DNA from: Podarcis bocagei
Lineage: Eukaryota
Direction: 5' to 3' (one strand)
DNA: 64,000 nt
Assembly (NCBI GenBank): GCA_964188305.1
Contig: OZ076895.1
In this document: positions 35,701 to 47,100 of the stretch, piece by piece
Numbering within the stretch: position 1 is the first letter of the stretch
Layout: each line of letters opens with the position of its first letter
Translations under genes and position numbers: made by a program
Notes under the pieces: model-generated
Databases searched by the model: none
What the model saw: only the letters and a program-made list of their open reading frames with translations
Told to the model about the DNA's origin: nothing

Positions 35701-37972
35701 TCATAGAATCATAGAGTTGGAATAGACCACAAGGGCCATCGAGTCCAACCCCCTGCCAAGCAGGAAACACCATCAGAGCACTCCTGACATATGGTTGTCA
35801 AGCCTCTGCTATTGAGACCTATTGAGTCTGATTTGTTTGAGGGTGTTTACATGTCTTCTCATTAAACACTTTTTCATTCCACAGTTTTCAAAGCATTTCT
35901 ATGTCACTTTCCAAAACTTTAAAAAGCCTGTGGTGTTGTTGTTTTTAAGCAGATTTTTTGCTAGGGTGATAAAGTGCTTTTCGTCCACTTTAAATGTGCA
36001 GACTGGAAGTTTTGGTATGCAATCAAATCACATTCCCACAAAATACTGAGTCTGGAGAGCTTCATTAACGTGTGACCCCGAAATTTTGGATCCCCTCCAA
36101 ACTGATGCCAAGTCTGGCAGTCCCCCCAGTGTTGTCAAAATACCTCCCAGTGTGAATGAGACTCAAGTTGAACTGCGGTTAAAATCCTGTCTGTAAATAC
36201 CTAACTCTGTGAGCAGTCGGCCATTTGCATTCTGCACTGTAACCCCTGAGGCATTTGACATCTAGCACAGAATGGCTGAAGCATTTGTTTTCAATGCAAG
36301 GGTATGAGTCACCATTGCCTTTGCTCTCCCTTTAGCCCTGTGATCAGCCCAGGCTTGGCCATGAACCTCACAGAGTGATCTTGAGCCTCTCTCCCTCTCT
36401 CTCTCTTCTCTTTCTCTTTCTCACCTACCTTATAGAAGTGCTGTGAGAATAAAAGCCGGAGAGGGCCTAAACTCTTTGAGGTCAGGCCAGGTAGGAGGAT
36501 GCGAATGTAAATTAACAAATACAGTGGTACCTCGGGTTACAGAAGCTCCATGTTACAGACGCTTCAGGTTACAGACTCCACTAACCCAGAAATAGTACAT
36601 CGGGTTAAGAACTTTGCTTCAGGATGAGAACAGAAATTGCGCAGCGGGGGCAGGGGGAGGCCCCATTATCTAAAGTGGTACCTCAGGTTAAGAACAGTTT
36701 CAGGTTAAGAATGGACCTCCAGAATGAATTAAGTTCTTAACCCAAGGTACCACTGTACAGAGAAATGAGGTGGGTCCTCATGGCTATGAACACTTACTTA
36801 AATCCTCATTCTCTGGTTCCTTTGTTTTCTAGACTACACAAAAGATCCCTATACAAGGCACAATCCCTGTAATACCATTTGCTGCAGAGGAGACCTGAAC
36901 CCTGAGTCTCCAATGCCAGCTGGCTGCTATGACTCCAAGGTAAAGACTCCCAGAAGAACTGGCCTGTTCTAGATGCTTGTGGGGAGGGTGGATTCATTCA
37001 TTCATCCATTCATTCATTCTCTCTCACACACATACACACACTTCCTCCTCTGTTATGTCATTATATGCAGCCCAAAGGTAAGGACAGTGACAGATTTATA
37101 CGTGGGCTGGGCGGCTGCAGGCCAGGGCCTCATAATGTAGGAGCGCCTCAACCTCTTGCCAAAAAAAGTTAGAAAACAGATACCTTGGCTCAGTTGCTTG
37201 GTAACATTCAACCTGTGACATATGAGTCTATGACTCTGTAACAGTTACACAAGTGCATATTTACTGTTTAGTAAAGTTTGTGGAGGCTTTAAAGCTTCTC
37301 ATAGAGTTATATGATAAATAAGTAGTGCTCTACTTTCACTGAGTAGTAGAGAAAGAAGAAAATGAGGTTTTGTTTCTCATGATCAGATTCTATTAAGTTT
37401 TGGTCTCCCAAGGTCTCCTAGCCCAGGGCTGGAGTTGCTTTAATCCGGCCCTGGGTAAGAATGCAGCCTGCCCTTTCTTGCGGAAGGCACATTCACGGTA
37501 TTTTAAAAACTGCTCTTTTTGTGCAGAACTCTTCATGCACAAAATAGTTACCGGTATATTAAAAAATAAGATTTGCCCTTCTTTTCATTGTAAGCCGCCT
37601 TGAGACTTTGGAAAGGAGACAAATAAATTGAGTGCAATGGAAGCTGAGCAAAATGGAGAAGGAAAGAGGTTAGATAAGTTTTGGACCATCAGTGTGCTGG
37701 TGTTGTGTGTGTGTGAGAGAGAGTAGCTCTGTGACTTTTGGGGTGTGTGATGATACTGCCCCCTTTCCTTTTACAATGAAGTATTCTCCTATGATCCTTC
37801 ACAGGTATCAGACCTCTCTATGGCTACGAACTTTGCAGCCTATGCCATTAGTGGACCAACTGTGGAAGAGGACCTGCCTGTGTTCAGCTGGACGCGTTTC
37901 AACAAAACAAAGCACCAGGGCTTGCCAGATTCATATAACTTTGATTTTGTCATTATGAAGCCAGTGCTGTGA
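14358..37972 (+). CDS. PLBD1: Phospholipase B domain-containing 1 (lysosomal Ntn-hydrolase), complete, 11 exons, 556 aa
   Basis: Exons sum to 1671 nt in frame. Signal peptide ...[31 protein letters not shown]|CSALIK (nucleophile Cys codon 29137-29139), [37 protein letters not shown]. Confidence 0.97.
16075..16238. mobile_element. Degenerate palindromic MITE
   Basis: tgtacac...aagcac...cctcaaataatttctgg..ctacagttta mirrored by taaactac..ccagaattctttgagg...gtgctt...gtgtaca. Confidence 0.5.
16408..16672 (+). mobile_element. Sauria SINE (lacertid type) with internal deletion
   Basis: GGGACGCAGGTGGCGCTGT head, GCAGTTCGAAAGCACGTCAAAGTGCAAGTAGATAAATAGG core, GGTCAGGGGTCCCTTTACC tail; TSD cctcttta at 16399-16406 and 16673-16680. 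Confidence 0.9.
18237..18472. mobile_element. Tigger-like MITE, second subfamily
   Basis: TA|CAGTGGTACCTTGGTTTA ... TAAACCAAGGTACCACTG|TA, perfect 18-bp TIR. Confidence 0.88.
21829..22151 (+). mobile_element. Sauria SINE, 5'-truncated
   Basis: Same core and (ACCTTT)n tail; TSD tactctga at 21821-21828 and 22152-22159. Confidence 0.9.
22495..22714 (+). CDS. PLBD1: PLBD1 exon 2 (DTHYATVYW...[12 protein letters not shown])
   Basis: tttacag acceptor, tc|gtaagt donor. Confidence 0.96.
24270..24353 (+). CDS. PLBD1: PLBD1 exon 3 ([16 protein letters not shown]...KDFMR)
   Basis: Long pyrimidine tract plus cag; cg|gtatgt donor. Confidence 0.94.
24920..25058 (+). CDS. PLBD1: PLBD1 exon 4 ([11 protein letters not shown]...[20 protein letters not shown]...QKT)
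   Basis: ctctacag acceptor, aca|gtaagg donor. Confidence 0.95.
27318..27464 (+). mobile_element. tRNA-derived SINE with CR1 tail (Squam3-like)
   Basis: tRNA-like head (ttggttagagc..gtgctgataatgccaaggttgcagattcaatcccc) fused to the same CR1 3' tip as 6428-6503. Confidence 0.7.
28999..29154 (+). CDS. PLBD1: PLBD1 exon 5 ([19 protein letters not shown]...[11 protein letters not shown]), catalytic Cys
   Basis: acttccag acceptor, aag|gtgaga donor. Confidence 0.96.
29794..29866 (+). mobile_element. Penelope-like terminal remnant
   Basis: aataaa..ttagt..gtctttaagctgccacaagactc...agactaacatggctac; related piece at 40161-40189 (caacagactaacccagctacccttctgga). Confidence 0.6.
29881..30025 (+). CDS. 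PLBD1: PLBD1 exon 6 ([28 protein letters not shown]...SFSSYP)
   Basis: tcttggctag acceptor, g|gtaact donor. Confidence 0.96.
31392..31623 (-). mobile_element. MIR/CORE-like SINE
   Basis: cacaacagccctgtgaggtaggctaggctgaga...cccaaggt...cagtgagttt..tggctgagtggga and a TTTA tail; weaker copies at about 5225-5355 and 41330-41460. Confidence 0.7.
32860..33230 (-). mobile_element. Non-LTR retrotransposon ORF2 C-terminal remnant (CCHC knuckle)
   Basis: RAFEELRF...[21 protein letters not shown], a C-x-C...E...H...CP pattern; clade uncertain. Confidence 0.65.
33880..34080 (+). CDS. PLBD1: PLBD1 exon 7 ([10 protein letters not shown]...QTTNSVYN...WQRVRIAN...ENS)
   Basis: tattcag acceptor, g|gttggt donor. 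Confidence 0.96.
34175..34315 (+). CDS. PLBD1: PLBD1 exon 8 ([10 protein letters not shown]...EQIP...ILRK)
   Basis: actttag acceptor after a 94-nt intron; g|gtaaaa donor. Confidence 0.96.
34819..35004 (+). CDS. PLBD1: PLBD1 exon 9 ([11 protein letters not shown]...[11 protein letters not shown]...MRYN)
   Basis: ttttacag acceptor, a|gtatga donor. Confidence 0.96.
35683..35810 (-). mobile_element. CR1 3' terminus
   Basis: (tagaatca)n tail plus gagttggaa...gtccaaccccctgcc. Confidence 0.8.
36522..36755 (+). mobile_element. Tc1/mariner (pogo/Tigger-like) MITE
   Basis: TA|CAGTGGTACCTCGGGTTA ... TAACCCAAGGTACCACTG|TA. Confidence 0.88.
36833..36939 (+). CDS. PLBD1: PLBD1 exon 10 (NYTKDPY...[10 protein letters not shown]...GCYDSK)
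   Basis: gttttctag acceptor, aag|gtaaag donor. Confidence 0.96.
37805..37972 (+). CDS. PLBD1: PLBD1 exon 11 (VSDLSMA...SGPT...[19 protein letters not shown])
   Basis: cttcacag acceptor; TGA at 37970-37972. Confidence 0.96.
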   Translation, partial: VSDLSMATNFAAYAISGPTVEEDLPVFSWTRFNKTKHQGLPDSYNFDFVIMKPVL

Positions 37973-38053
37973 AATAAGCATCAGAAGCTTTAACATCTAG
38001 GGAGGGGGAAATAAGTTTTTTAAAAAATAATTTACGCTTTTACTGCCATACCA

Positions 38054-38059
38054 AATAAA
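38054..38059 (+). terminator. Candidate PLBD1 polyadenylation signal AATAAA
   Basis: First AATAAA, about 80 nt after the stop codon. Confidence 0.55.
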
Positions 38060-39530
38060 CCGGCCTGTGCCCACCTGGGATTCTGCCTCATGGTTTCCAA
38101 ACTAGCATTTAGTGAGATGGATGTAGGCCAAGGATGTCGTGCAATGACATCACCTGCCTGCAACAAAATGAAAGTGCAGCAGAAAATGGGATGCAGACTA
38201 CTCCAAATCAAGTAACTTCGCTGCATTTGCAGCTGTTTACTTATCTCTACAGTAGGGAAGATAGTTGCTATCTTGCGGGAAAGGCTTTCAGTTCTTGATA
38301 TTACACATAACAGGTTCAAGTTCAGATTAGACTGGCCTGATCTGGTTCCCAGAATAGGTTTTACATGCCTGATTACTGTAGGACCCAGATGAAAGATTCA
38401 GGAGTTGCCCTGCTGTTAGGCAGAATGAGGTTGCCACCTCAAGCAGCAGATGCTGGGGAGCAGGAGAGCAGCAGTGACGTATAGGAGAATATTGTTGTCT
38501 TGCCACGTGCCCAAACTAATAAGGCTCTGTTTACAAAACCTTAATTTAATCCAAGTTGCAAATTTCAGCTTTTCTTAATGCAGAACTTTGTATGAGTGTT
38601 TTGGGGCATTTAAAGCTACTGACCAAGGAAATGGCTGCAAGAATAATGCTCCTTCTCTTTCAGTGGAATATAAATCAAGCCTGTTTTCTGTATCTTCAAC
38701 ATAGTCATGCAACAAGCAAGAAAAGTTATGTTGCAGCTGTCGAGAAAACATTGGGCATACACGGAACACACTGGACCTATTTGCTTCTCCACACCCCTAA
38801 TACAGAGACAGCTGTGCGAGGAGAGGAATACCACCCACAGGTCAGCTTTCAGGACGCTGGATTTTGGCAACTTGTCCAGAGCATGACAATCACAAAGCTT
38901 CCCAGCCAATTTCACCCCTTTACGCAACCTAGCTTGAAAAAGGAGCTCGCTACACAGTTGCTCTGAAAGCAAGCGTCTGATAGGCACAGGGAGGTTGCTT
39001 GAATCTACCCTATGTTTTCTACACAGTTATGTACTTTCAGCTGTGCTGGGCTCCTGGCTTTGTATAGCATCTCTGAAAAGCTACACTTGGTTCCATGCCA
39101 GAACAATACTTACGGAGAAGCGGTAAAATATGGTTTCTGGTGTAATTAGAAGACTCCTTTGGGTACACAGCTGGATGTACCTGCCTCTCGCCTCTCTGAT
39201 TTCGCTTTGTGTTCTTGACTATAGTGATCACTCCTCAACACAGAACAGGAATTATCTTTTTGACATTTGGCAGCGTAAATTGCACAGACGCGTTGTGACT
39301 GAGCACCTGCGGCTCTTGCGGAACGATTTTATTTCAACTAAGCCAAAGGAGAGAATATCTTCACACAAATTTCAAACATTTGAAACATTCAAACAGTCCT
39401 TCCTTCCAGTGAAGTTCCAGGTCTTCAAAATCCCCTGCAGGTTGGAACCTGAACAAAAAGACCAGCAAGCACCAGGTAGGACAGCAGAGTTTTCATGCTC
39501 TGCTTTGATTGGCTCTTGCATTCTCTATAG

Positions 39531-39550
39531 AAGCCACTAGGTGGCAGCAG
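39531..39550 (+). promoter_or_regulatory. CTCF-binding motif
   Basis: GCCACTAGGTGGCAGCA matches the core CCASYAGRKGGCRS; lies between convergent genes. Confidence 0.6.
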
Positions 39551-39748
39551 AATCTCATGTGTGCTACAGTCTGAAGATATCCAAGCAAATTTATGGCAGT
39601 CCTAACACAAATCTCAAGACCTTTAGTCCTCCCGTGATATATAAACTAATAAATTAGTTTTAATTCAGTAAATTTGAATATTTTTCCTCTATTCAGATGG
39701 AAAAACAAAGTCTCTTTATTCCTTAAAACGGGTCTGGACTTTTTATTA

Positions 39749-40099
39749 CTGTATTTTTCGCCGTATAAGACGCACTTTCCTCCCTCCAAAAATGAAGGGG
39801 AAATGTGTGTGCGTCCTATGGGGAGAATGCAGGCTTTTGCTGAAGCCTGGAAAGTGAGGGGGGTCACTCTCCAGGCTTCAGGAAGCTATCTGCTAGCCGT
39901 GGGAGACCCAGCTCTCCCACGGCTAGCGGAGAGCTTGCCGGCACCCAGAAGCTTGGGGCGCGCTGAGCTCAGCACGCCCCAAGCTTTGGGCTTAGTGCAG
40001 CGCACCTGGGGGGGAAATAAATTTTTTCCCCTTTATTTCCTCCCCCCAAAACTAGGTGCGTCCTATGGGCCGGTGCGTCCTATGGGGCGAAAAATACGG
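39749..40099. mobile_element. Tc1/mariner-superfamily MITE (CCGTATTTTTCGCC TIR)
   Basis: TA|CTGTATTTTTCGCCGTATAAGACGCAC ... GTGCGTCCTATGGGGCGAAAAATACGG|TA. Confidence 0.85.
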
Positions 40100-42459
40100 T
40101 AGATAGATATAAATTTATTATTGTGCCTTAATTAACTTGTTACTTTCTACAGTGATGGTACAACAGACTAACCCAGCTACCCTTCTGGACATTATCACAG
40201 ATGTAATGAGACTTCAATATTAGGTAAAATACATACCCTAGAAGTGGAACATATATCTGTTGTTGATATATACTGCAATCTTGCACAATATTAAATTGCA
40301 GCTTCCAACTATATTTCGAATAGAACTGCCTTAAGCATTTTCTCTCCCCTGCCCTCCTTTCCTGTCCCCCACTGCTTCAACCACCAGCTAGCAACCGATC
40401 ATACTCAACTCCTATTGGTCTGTTTTGGGATCCTCCGCCATTTGGGTTTTGGTTTTTTGTGTTTCTGCAAACATTGGGATTTCCCCCCTGCCCCCAGCCT
40501 CTTGCATGGAGGAAAAATGTGTTTTTGGCTAACTAAGGTTCACAGAGAATGAGGAAAGTATTGCTTTCAGAACTTCTTATTGCCAAGAGATTTATTTTGC
40601 ACATTAGGCCCATCTTCTTTAAGTCATCTATGGCGTCTCTAGGCATACATTCAGGCCAGGAGGGCTTGAACTCCACCCAGACACTGCCCCCATGGGAGGA
40701 ACTGCTGTTGCAGTGATGGCTGCTCTTCCAGACATCACAGCTGCATTTAACACAGCCTGTCTTGTCCGTCTGCCTGGCATCCCCCTTTCCTTTCTATTTG
40801 TCTCACTTTGCTTCTTCCTCTCCTACACCTCTTCAAGTATGGTCTATGTAGGGTCTTTGTTTTTCCCTTATAAAAGAGGAGGAAACATGAAGCCAACACA
40901 AAACCTAGTAAAATAAAGACACTTGTGGAAAAAGCTTGTCACATTCCTCACCTAGCTCAGCACTTGTCTACACTGTCAATAGTAGGTGGAAGCTCTCCAA
41001 GGTTTCAGACCCAGGTCTCTCCTGAGATTGAAGCTACAACCTTTTACAGGCAAATGAGTATCTAGTGACCCTTAAAGGCAAAGTAGCCCATAGTGTAAAT
41101 TGTCAAAGATGCCTCGTTTATCTAAGCATCAGACAAGAAGACAACAAGTTGACATTCAGAATGGCTTATTGCAAATGATTTGAAGTCCTCTGTCATTCGT
41201 TAGGCAGGCAAGTTGCTAAACGGGTAGACTTTTCAGCCTTTGAACCTCTCAAATGTTAGGTCAGGTTTTCCTTCACTACATTGGCAGCACATGCAAGGTA
41301 GACATCACAGGGAATATCTATTTCATTTGTATCTGACTTTCACTCCAATGTGCTGTAGGTGGTTCTTTCTCCTTGTTGCATACCCTCACAACACCCCTGT
41401 GAGGTAGGTTAGACTGAGACAGGACTGCCAGCTCAAAGTTACCTAGTTTGCTTCAACACAGCTTTCATCCTTTAAGCCCATGTGCTACTTAAGGGGTCCC
41501 TGAAAAGGCTGCAGGATAGTGATGAGCTCACAACCCAATAATGGGACTCTGGGTTACATAATTTTCAAACACTTACTTATTCATTAATTGCATTTATATC
41601 CCACCATTTTCTACAAGGAGATCAAGGAAGAGTTCCTGCTTCTCCCCACTAGGTATTGCTAGCCAATTTGGCCCCAAGTGACTTAAATAGTTTACTGCAT
41701 TTTATACCTTACAGGTGTCACTTAAAAGCAATACAATAAAACAACAACAAAATAGCAATAATAGGCAGCACCTACAAATTTATCCCCTAGTATAGGGGAT
41801 CCAAAGACTACTATGATTGTCTTTTCTTCTGCTGTCTCACAAGGGATCGGTGTGTTCCTCAACAAATAAAGCAACAAGTAGGCGAAGCCAGGGGAAGGGA
41901 AGCCCAGCCCAGAGGCCACCCTCCATCCAATCAAGACTTGCTCACGCATCCTTTTTTCTTCACATTCTCTTTTCTTCTCCTGTTCTGCCCCTTGCTTGAG
42001 GGCTTTTGCCAGTATGGAATGTGCCTTTGAACTATGACAATACCTCTTGCTTGGCTGAATGCAATGGTGACTGGTGCTTATTGGCACTGGTAGGACAGAA
42101 GTCAGGGAGTCTAATAATAGGTGGCGCCAGAGCCAACTAATTCAGGTTTTGTCCTCTTCCTAATTCCTGCTGAGTTCTGCAAGAGTCAATACTGAGTTGA
42201 AAGAGCAAGAGGAAGCTATCTTCTCCTGGTCTGGGAGCAAGAAGGCAGGCAGATGGGGGCTGACTGAAGGCAGGCTGAGGTTGGTGGGGTAGGGCCCCAT
42301 TTGCTGTAATGGACCAACATACACTGTCTGAATCTATACGCAGCTGGAGATGGGAGAAACCTCTAGCTTTTTCATAGACAGACTAGTCTATGCATACTGA
42401 AAGCCTGCCCTTCCCCCTGCCCAAAGAAATCCTGGCTGTACTCATGGAGTCCATTCTCA

Positions 42460-42963
42460 CCACTCTATTCTGCCTTGGTCAGACCCCACCTGGAGTCGTC
42501 TGCAGTTCTGGGTGCAACAATTCAAGAAGGACATTGACAAGCTGGAACGTGCAGAGGAGGGCAACAAATATGATCAAGGATATGTAAACCAATCCTTCCA
42601 ACAGTTGAGGGAGTTGGGTATATTCAGCCTAGAAAAGAGGGGACTGAGAGGGAGATTTGATAGCCATCTTCAAATATCTAAAGGGCTGTCACGTGGAAGA
42701 TGGAACAAGCTTGTTTTCTTCTGCGCCGGAGACTGGGACCCGAAGCAATGACTTCATATTACAAGAAATTCCAACTAAACATCAAGAAGAACTTTCTCAC
42801 GGTAAGAGCTGCTCAAGAGTGGAATGGTCTCCCACAGAAGGTGGTTTGATGGCCATCTGTCATGGATCCTTTTGCTAAGATTCCTGCATTGCAGGGTGTT
42901 GGACTCAATAACCCTCAATAACCCTGGAAGTCCAGCTGTACAATTCTACAATTCTATTATTCA
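42460..42963 (+). mobile_element. CR1 LINE 3' end
   Basis: PLYSALVRPHLE, FKKDIDKLE, LRELGIFSLEKRGLRG, FKYLKGCH across frameshifts; ATTCTA-type tail. Confidence 0.9.
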
Positions 42964-44059
42964 TCCTACATGAACAACATTCTAAAAAACTGCCAAGCAT
43001 TTCTTTACAGCTAGACATTGCAGAGGACTGGTAAACAGAGCTGTCTTTCAGGATACTTTGTCTGAACCCTGATGAGCTTGTAAGGAAACTCTAGTTTCCT
43101 GCAAGGCAGCTTGAAAAACACAACACTTAATCCAGAATGATCTAGCTGAACTATGCCTGAAAGGATATCCATAATATCCATGTGAATCAAGTTCATTTTG
43201 TGGTAGAATTTTAAATGAGTTCATTTTCATGTTCATTTCTGCAGGAGGCCTGGGCTGTTTTCATTAAAAACCAAAACCAAAAGCTAAGTCAATTGGGAAA
43301 GTATAAAGACCACTAGGAAGCAAAATGCTGAGGTGATGTTCTAAGGGTTATTAGGCAGATATGGAGGCACTGTTTTTGACATCACATAAGTAACTGTTGC
43401 CAAGTAATCAGAAAAAAGGATGTGAAGCATTTCCTATATTTTTGCTGGAGAGTAGCATAACACAAGCAGCTTGCCAATCAGTATGGAGAATACTGAACTA
43501 GATGGGCCAATGGCCTGACTCGATGTAAGAGTCCTCCTTGTACAATCTTCTTCCCTGGAATCGACTTTGGTGAAGCCTCTTAGTTTGCGCAGAAGCTACA
43601 TTTCAACACTGATTAGTTGGCCCTTGTGTCAGTTGTGGAAGACAAGATATTCCTCGCTGTTGCAGCGTATTTTTTTAAGTGAAGAAACAACACACCAGCT
43701 TGTTAAAATATTTAAAAGTAAAGAACCAAATAGATGTTTGAACAGGTAAGTAAATATTTTTAAATAGAGAGGTATTCAAAATGAAGTTTAACAACAAATT
43801 TTTGTGTCTGCCTCCCTACATTTTTATTTGTGTCATTGCTAGATATAACATTTCGCACTTGACTATTAAAAATAAATTCAATATATTTAGCTTATTAGTA
43901 CACACATAATTTTACCAAAGAACCCAGTGCAATATGTGCCCTTAAAGAAAACATTCAAGTTAAGAGAAAAAAAAGGAGTGGGGAGCCTTGAACACAGGTC
44001 AAGTTGCTGTCATAGAAAGGCTTGTGGTCAGCTTTTTAAAAACAATGCAGTACTGCCTT

Positions 44060-44111
44060 GATGAGAACCAACCACACAAGACGCCGAAGGTTAAAAACCC
44101 AGTAGTTTATT
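44060..44111 (-). terminator. Candidate ATF7IP poly(A) site
   Basis: Minus-strand AATAAA (44111-44106) followed about 25 nt later by the GU-rich element TCTTGTGTGGTTGGTT. Confidence 0.65.
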
Positions 44112-47100
44112 TCAAAGTATAAATCTCAGGCTTGTCAGACAAAACCCCACTACAATTAACACGTATACAGACACTAATCTACAATGCATACAAAAGTCTT
44201 GGAGAACTTGCCATTTCCCTGCTCAAAATGGACTTTTTGGTACGTCCTACATTATCTTTATTTACACGTTCTTCTGTAGAAAGAAAAAGGGAAAAAAGAG
44301 TGCAAGTTTCTATAAGGAGTTTTGTAGGAGTTTATTTGCCAGTGGCTGATAAGTTACTGAAGTCCAACAAGTACCTCAAGGTTTTGGCTGTCCAATTACT
44401 TTATTTACAGATAAAACTTCAACTTAGACAGCACTTAAAATATATTTTCAAACAGGGAAAGCCAGCACAATAATGTGAGAAACCATGTTATAAAATATTG
44501 ATTAAATTCAATGATAAAATATCACATTTTAATTTGTACTCATGTCTACATTCACCTCTCGACATAAAACTGGTTCCAAGAAGGATGGGATCACTTGTTT
44601 TTGGCAATACTAAAAGACTTTCCTTTGTGTTAACAAAACACTGTGTGCCAAAACACACTAAAAGAAAGCAGTATTTTCAATATATCAAGCTTTCGGTATT
44701 TTTTGCTGTTGACTGAATAAAAATACTAAAGGGGTTCCATCTAGACTTTTGTGTACTGCAATTGTAGCTCTCCTACTTAATACTGTAATGTGGCAATTTG
44801 AGGGAACAAGGTACTTATAGGCTGACCTTACATGTAACATGGGTTCTCAGATCACAGACCACTTAGTATTCAACAGAGCTTTAAATGAAAAGGTGAACCA
44901 ATGTGATTTATTGCAGCACAACTTGCATCATCCCAGCAATATCCCAGACACCAATAGCTTTGCCACTATTTCTCATGAGTCCCTTTTGTGCAAAATGTAC
45001 CTTAAGTAGCACTGTAATCATGCCGAAAATGCAGCCCAGAACTAATCTTAGTGCTTCAGCAATCCCTGAAGAACAAACTTCTTTTTAAGTTCAGAGAACA
45101 CTTGCCAACCAGCTTTCCCCATTAAGTGGCAAGTACAGAAAAATGTATGCTGTACACCCCACCCCTTCCAAGTCTCCAGTCTCCTAGCCACTGAGGTCTT
45201 CCTGAAAAGGCCTTCTAGCTGTAATCTGAGAAATAAAATGGGAGAGACAAACAAACAAGTCAACCTAAGGGACTCACAATAATTTAGCAGCAATAGTCAC
45301 ACCACTTTCTAATTTTAAACAGTGAAAACATTTCACTTGTCCTTTCCTAAGACATGGAACTTGTTACTAACTAGAACAAGGATTCTCAAGTATTAAAGGC
45401 AAAGAAGAGAAAACAGCAGAAATACAGATGGAGACATACTTCAGTATCACATTTAAATAGAAGTAGAAAACAGAATTTTCAAACATGGGCCAGCCATATA
45501 CTGCAGTAAGGAAAACGTGGTGGGTGGGTGGGAGAAATACTGACACAGGAAAGTGTGGACGCTGAAATCCCCCCCTGCCCCCTTTCTTTTCTTTAAGAAC
45601 TTTAGGTTTGCCTAATCCATAACACACAGAGAGAGTGCTGAGCTGAACAGTTTCTCAATAAGCACAGAGTAGTAAAATTCCAATGACTCTGCAGCTTGGT
45701 ATTTGTGCAATCCAGTTTAGCTTATAATACTTTGATAAAAAAGAAATATTATTTTCCAATGTCTGTTATAAAGATTTGTAAACTCTCATTTCTTTGGGGC
45801 AAAAGCAAAAAAGAAATACAGCACCAGATACAAGGCCAAAAAGTCACTAATTATGAGCACTTGTTGACAACTAACTCAATTAAAGCCTGTTTCTGCCTTT
45901 CCCTTTGTGGTGCCCTACATAATTTGCCTGACCAGATCAGTTCTGCTTGAGAAAGTGCAAGTCCCACCCCCACAATAGCCTCACTGCCATTTTCTATTCA
46001 CAGATCTAAAGACAAAGTCCCAAGGTACGCATCTTGGATCCAACTTAACAGACGCTGTAATTAGTACACCTTATAGCTGATTGATAATGGAATAGTATCT
46101 AGTCCTAGAGAAAGAAGAGTAAGCAACAGTAAAATCTTAGCTAATTATCTGCTGTATCGCCATAACAAGGGGCAAGAGGTACAAAGTATGCAGATGTACT
46201 TTTCTCAGACTAGGGTTCACATTTTTCTCCTGCATATATTTAGGGAATGTTCATCCGTATTTTTTTCCCTTTCCGGTGGCAAGGTCTTAAATAGAATGCG
46301 ACCCAGCTTCCTCCAGTGTTACAAGCCCTACAAAAACATATTTCTCTTCAAGTTGCACCCAGGCTTGACTTTATTGCCCAAGTTCAATAAAAAAAGTGAA
46401 GAGGAACTTCTCCAGCGTTAAGGACCCAGTGCAGATAATAAACTACATCTTTGGCTACACATAACTGATATTGTTGAGTCAACAGCAGAGTGGTAAGCCC
46501 CTTCCCCAATAAAACTATTTTTGTAATGAAATTCTCCCTTGGTTTTTGGTATACTTCCAATGGGAGTTGATTCTGCCCCTCCCCCCCTACATTATACTTA
46601 TTAAAATTAGAGGTGGCCCTAAAAAAATATCATTTTTGTAGGTGATTGCATCACTGTTAGGCAAGTGAGACAAAGTGTTGAAATGCCAGCTGTTTGCTTT
46701 GGGGGTGAAGTATTCCATATACATACGATCTAGCTCTGAGACAGTTCTTGACTTTAGTCATTAGATAGATAAGCCAGAAATTTACAAGAAAAGCTTTCAT
46801 GTCACTCAAAACGAATATAACTCGGAGGACGTAAGGCATACCATATAAAAAAATGTAAGGAAATTTACTTTGTGTTCTCACAATGAGAGAATTAAGACCC
46901 TGTCTTTCCAAAACGTACAGCATCAACAAACTTTAGACCATCCTCTTACAAACCTTAAATTTCAGTTTCAACTCTTATCAGATTTGAAGTAACAAGTTAA
47001 GGAAACTGCTGGACCCTGGTCAGTCAATGAAGTGGGAACAGCTGCCACCCACTTCCCAACTGGAGCTGATACACCAGGAAGACAATAGATGCGCTGCTTT

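Noticed and set aside
38556-39540. Intergenic 123-136 aa ORFs as a hidden gene
   Set aside because: No promoter, splice structure or domain similarity apparent; lengths are compatible with chance.
42112-42132. CTCF-like taataggtggcgcc
   Set aside because: 5' half of the motif is mismatched and it appears to lie in a degenerate repeat.
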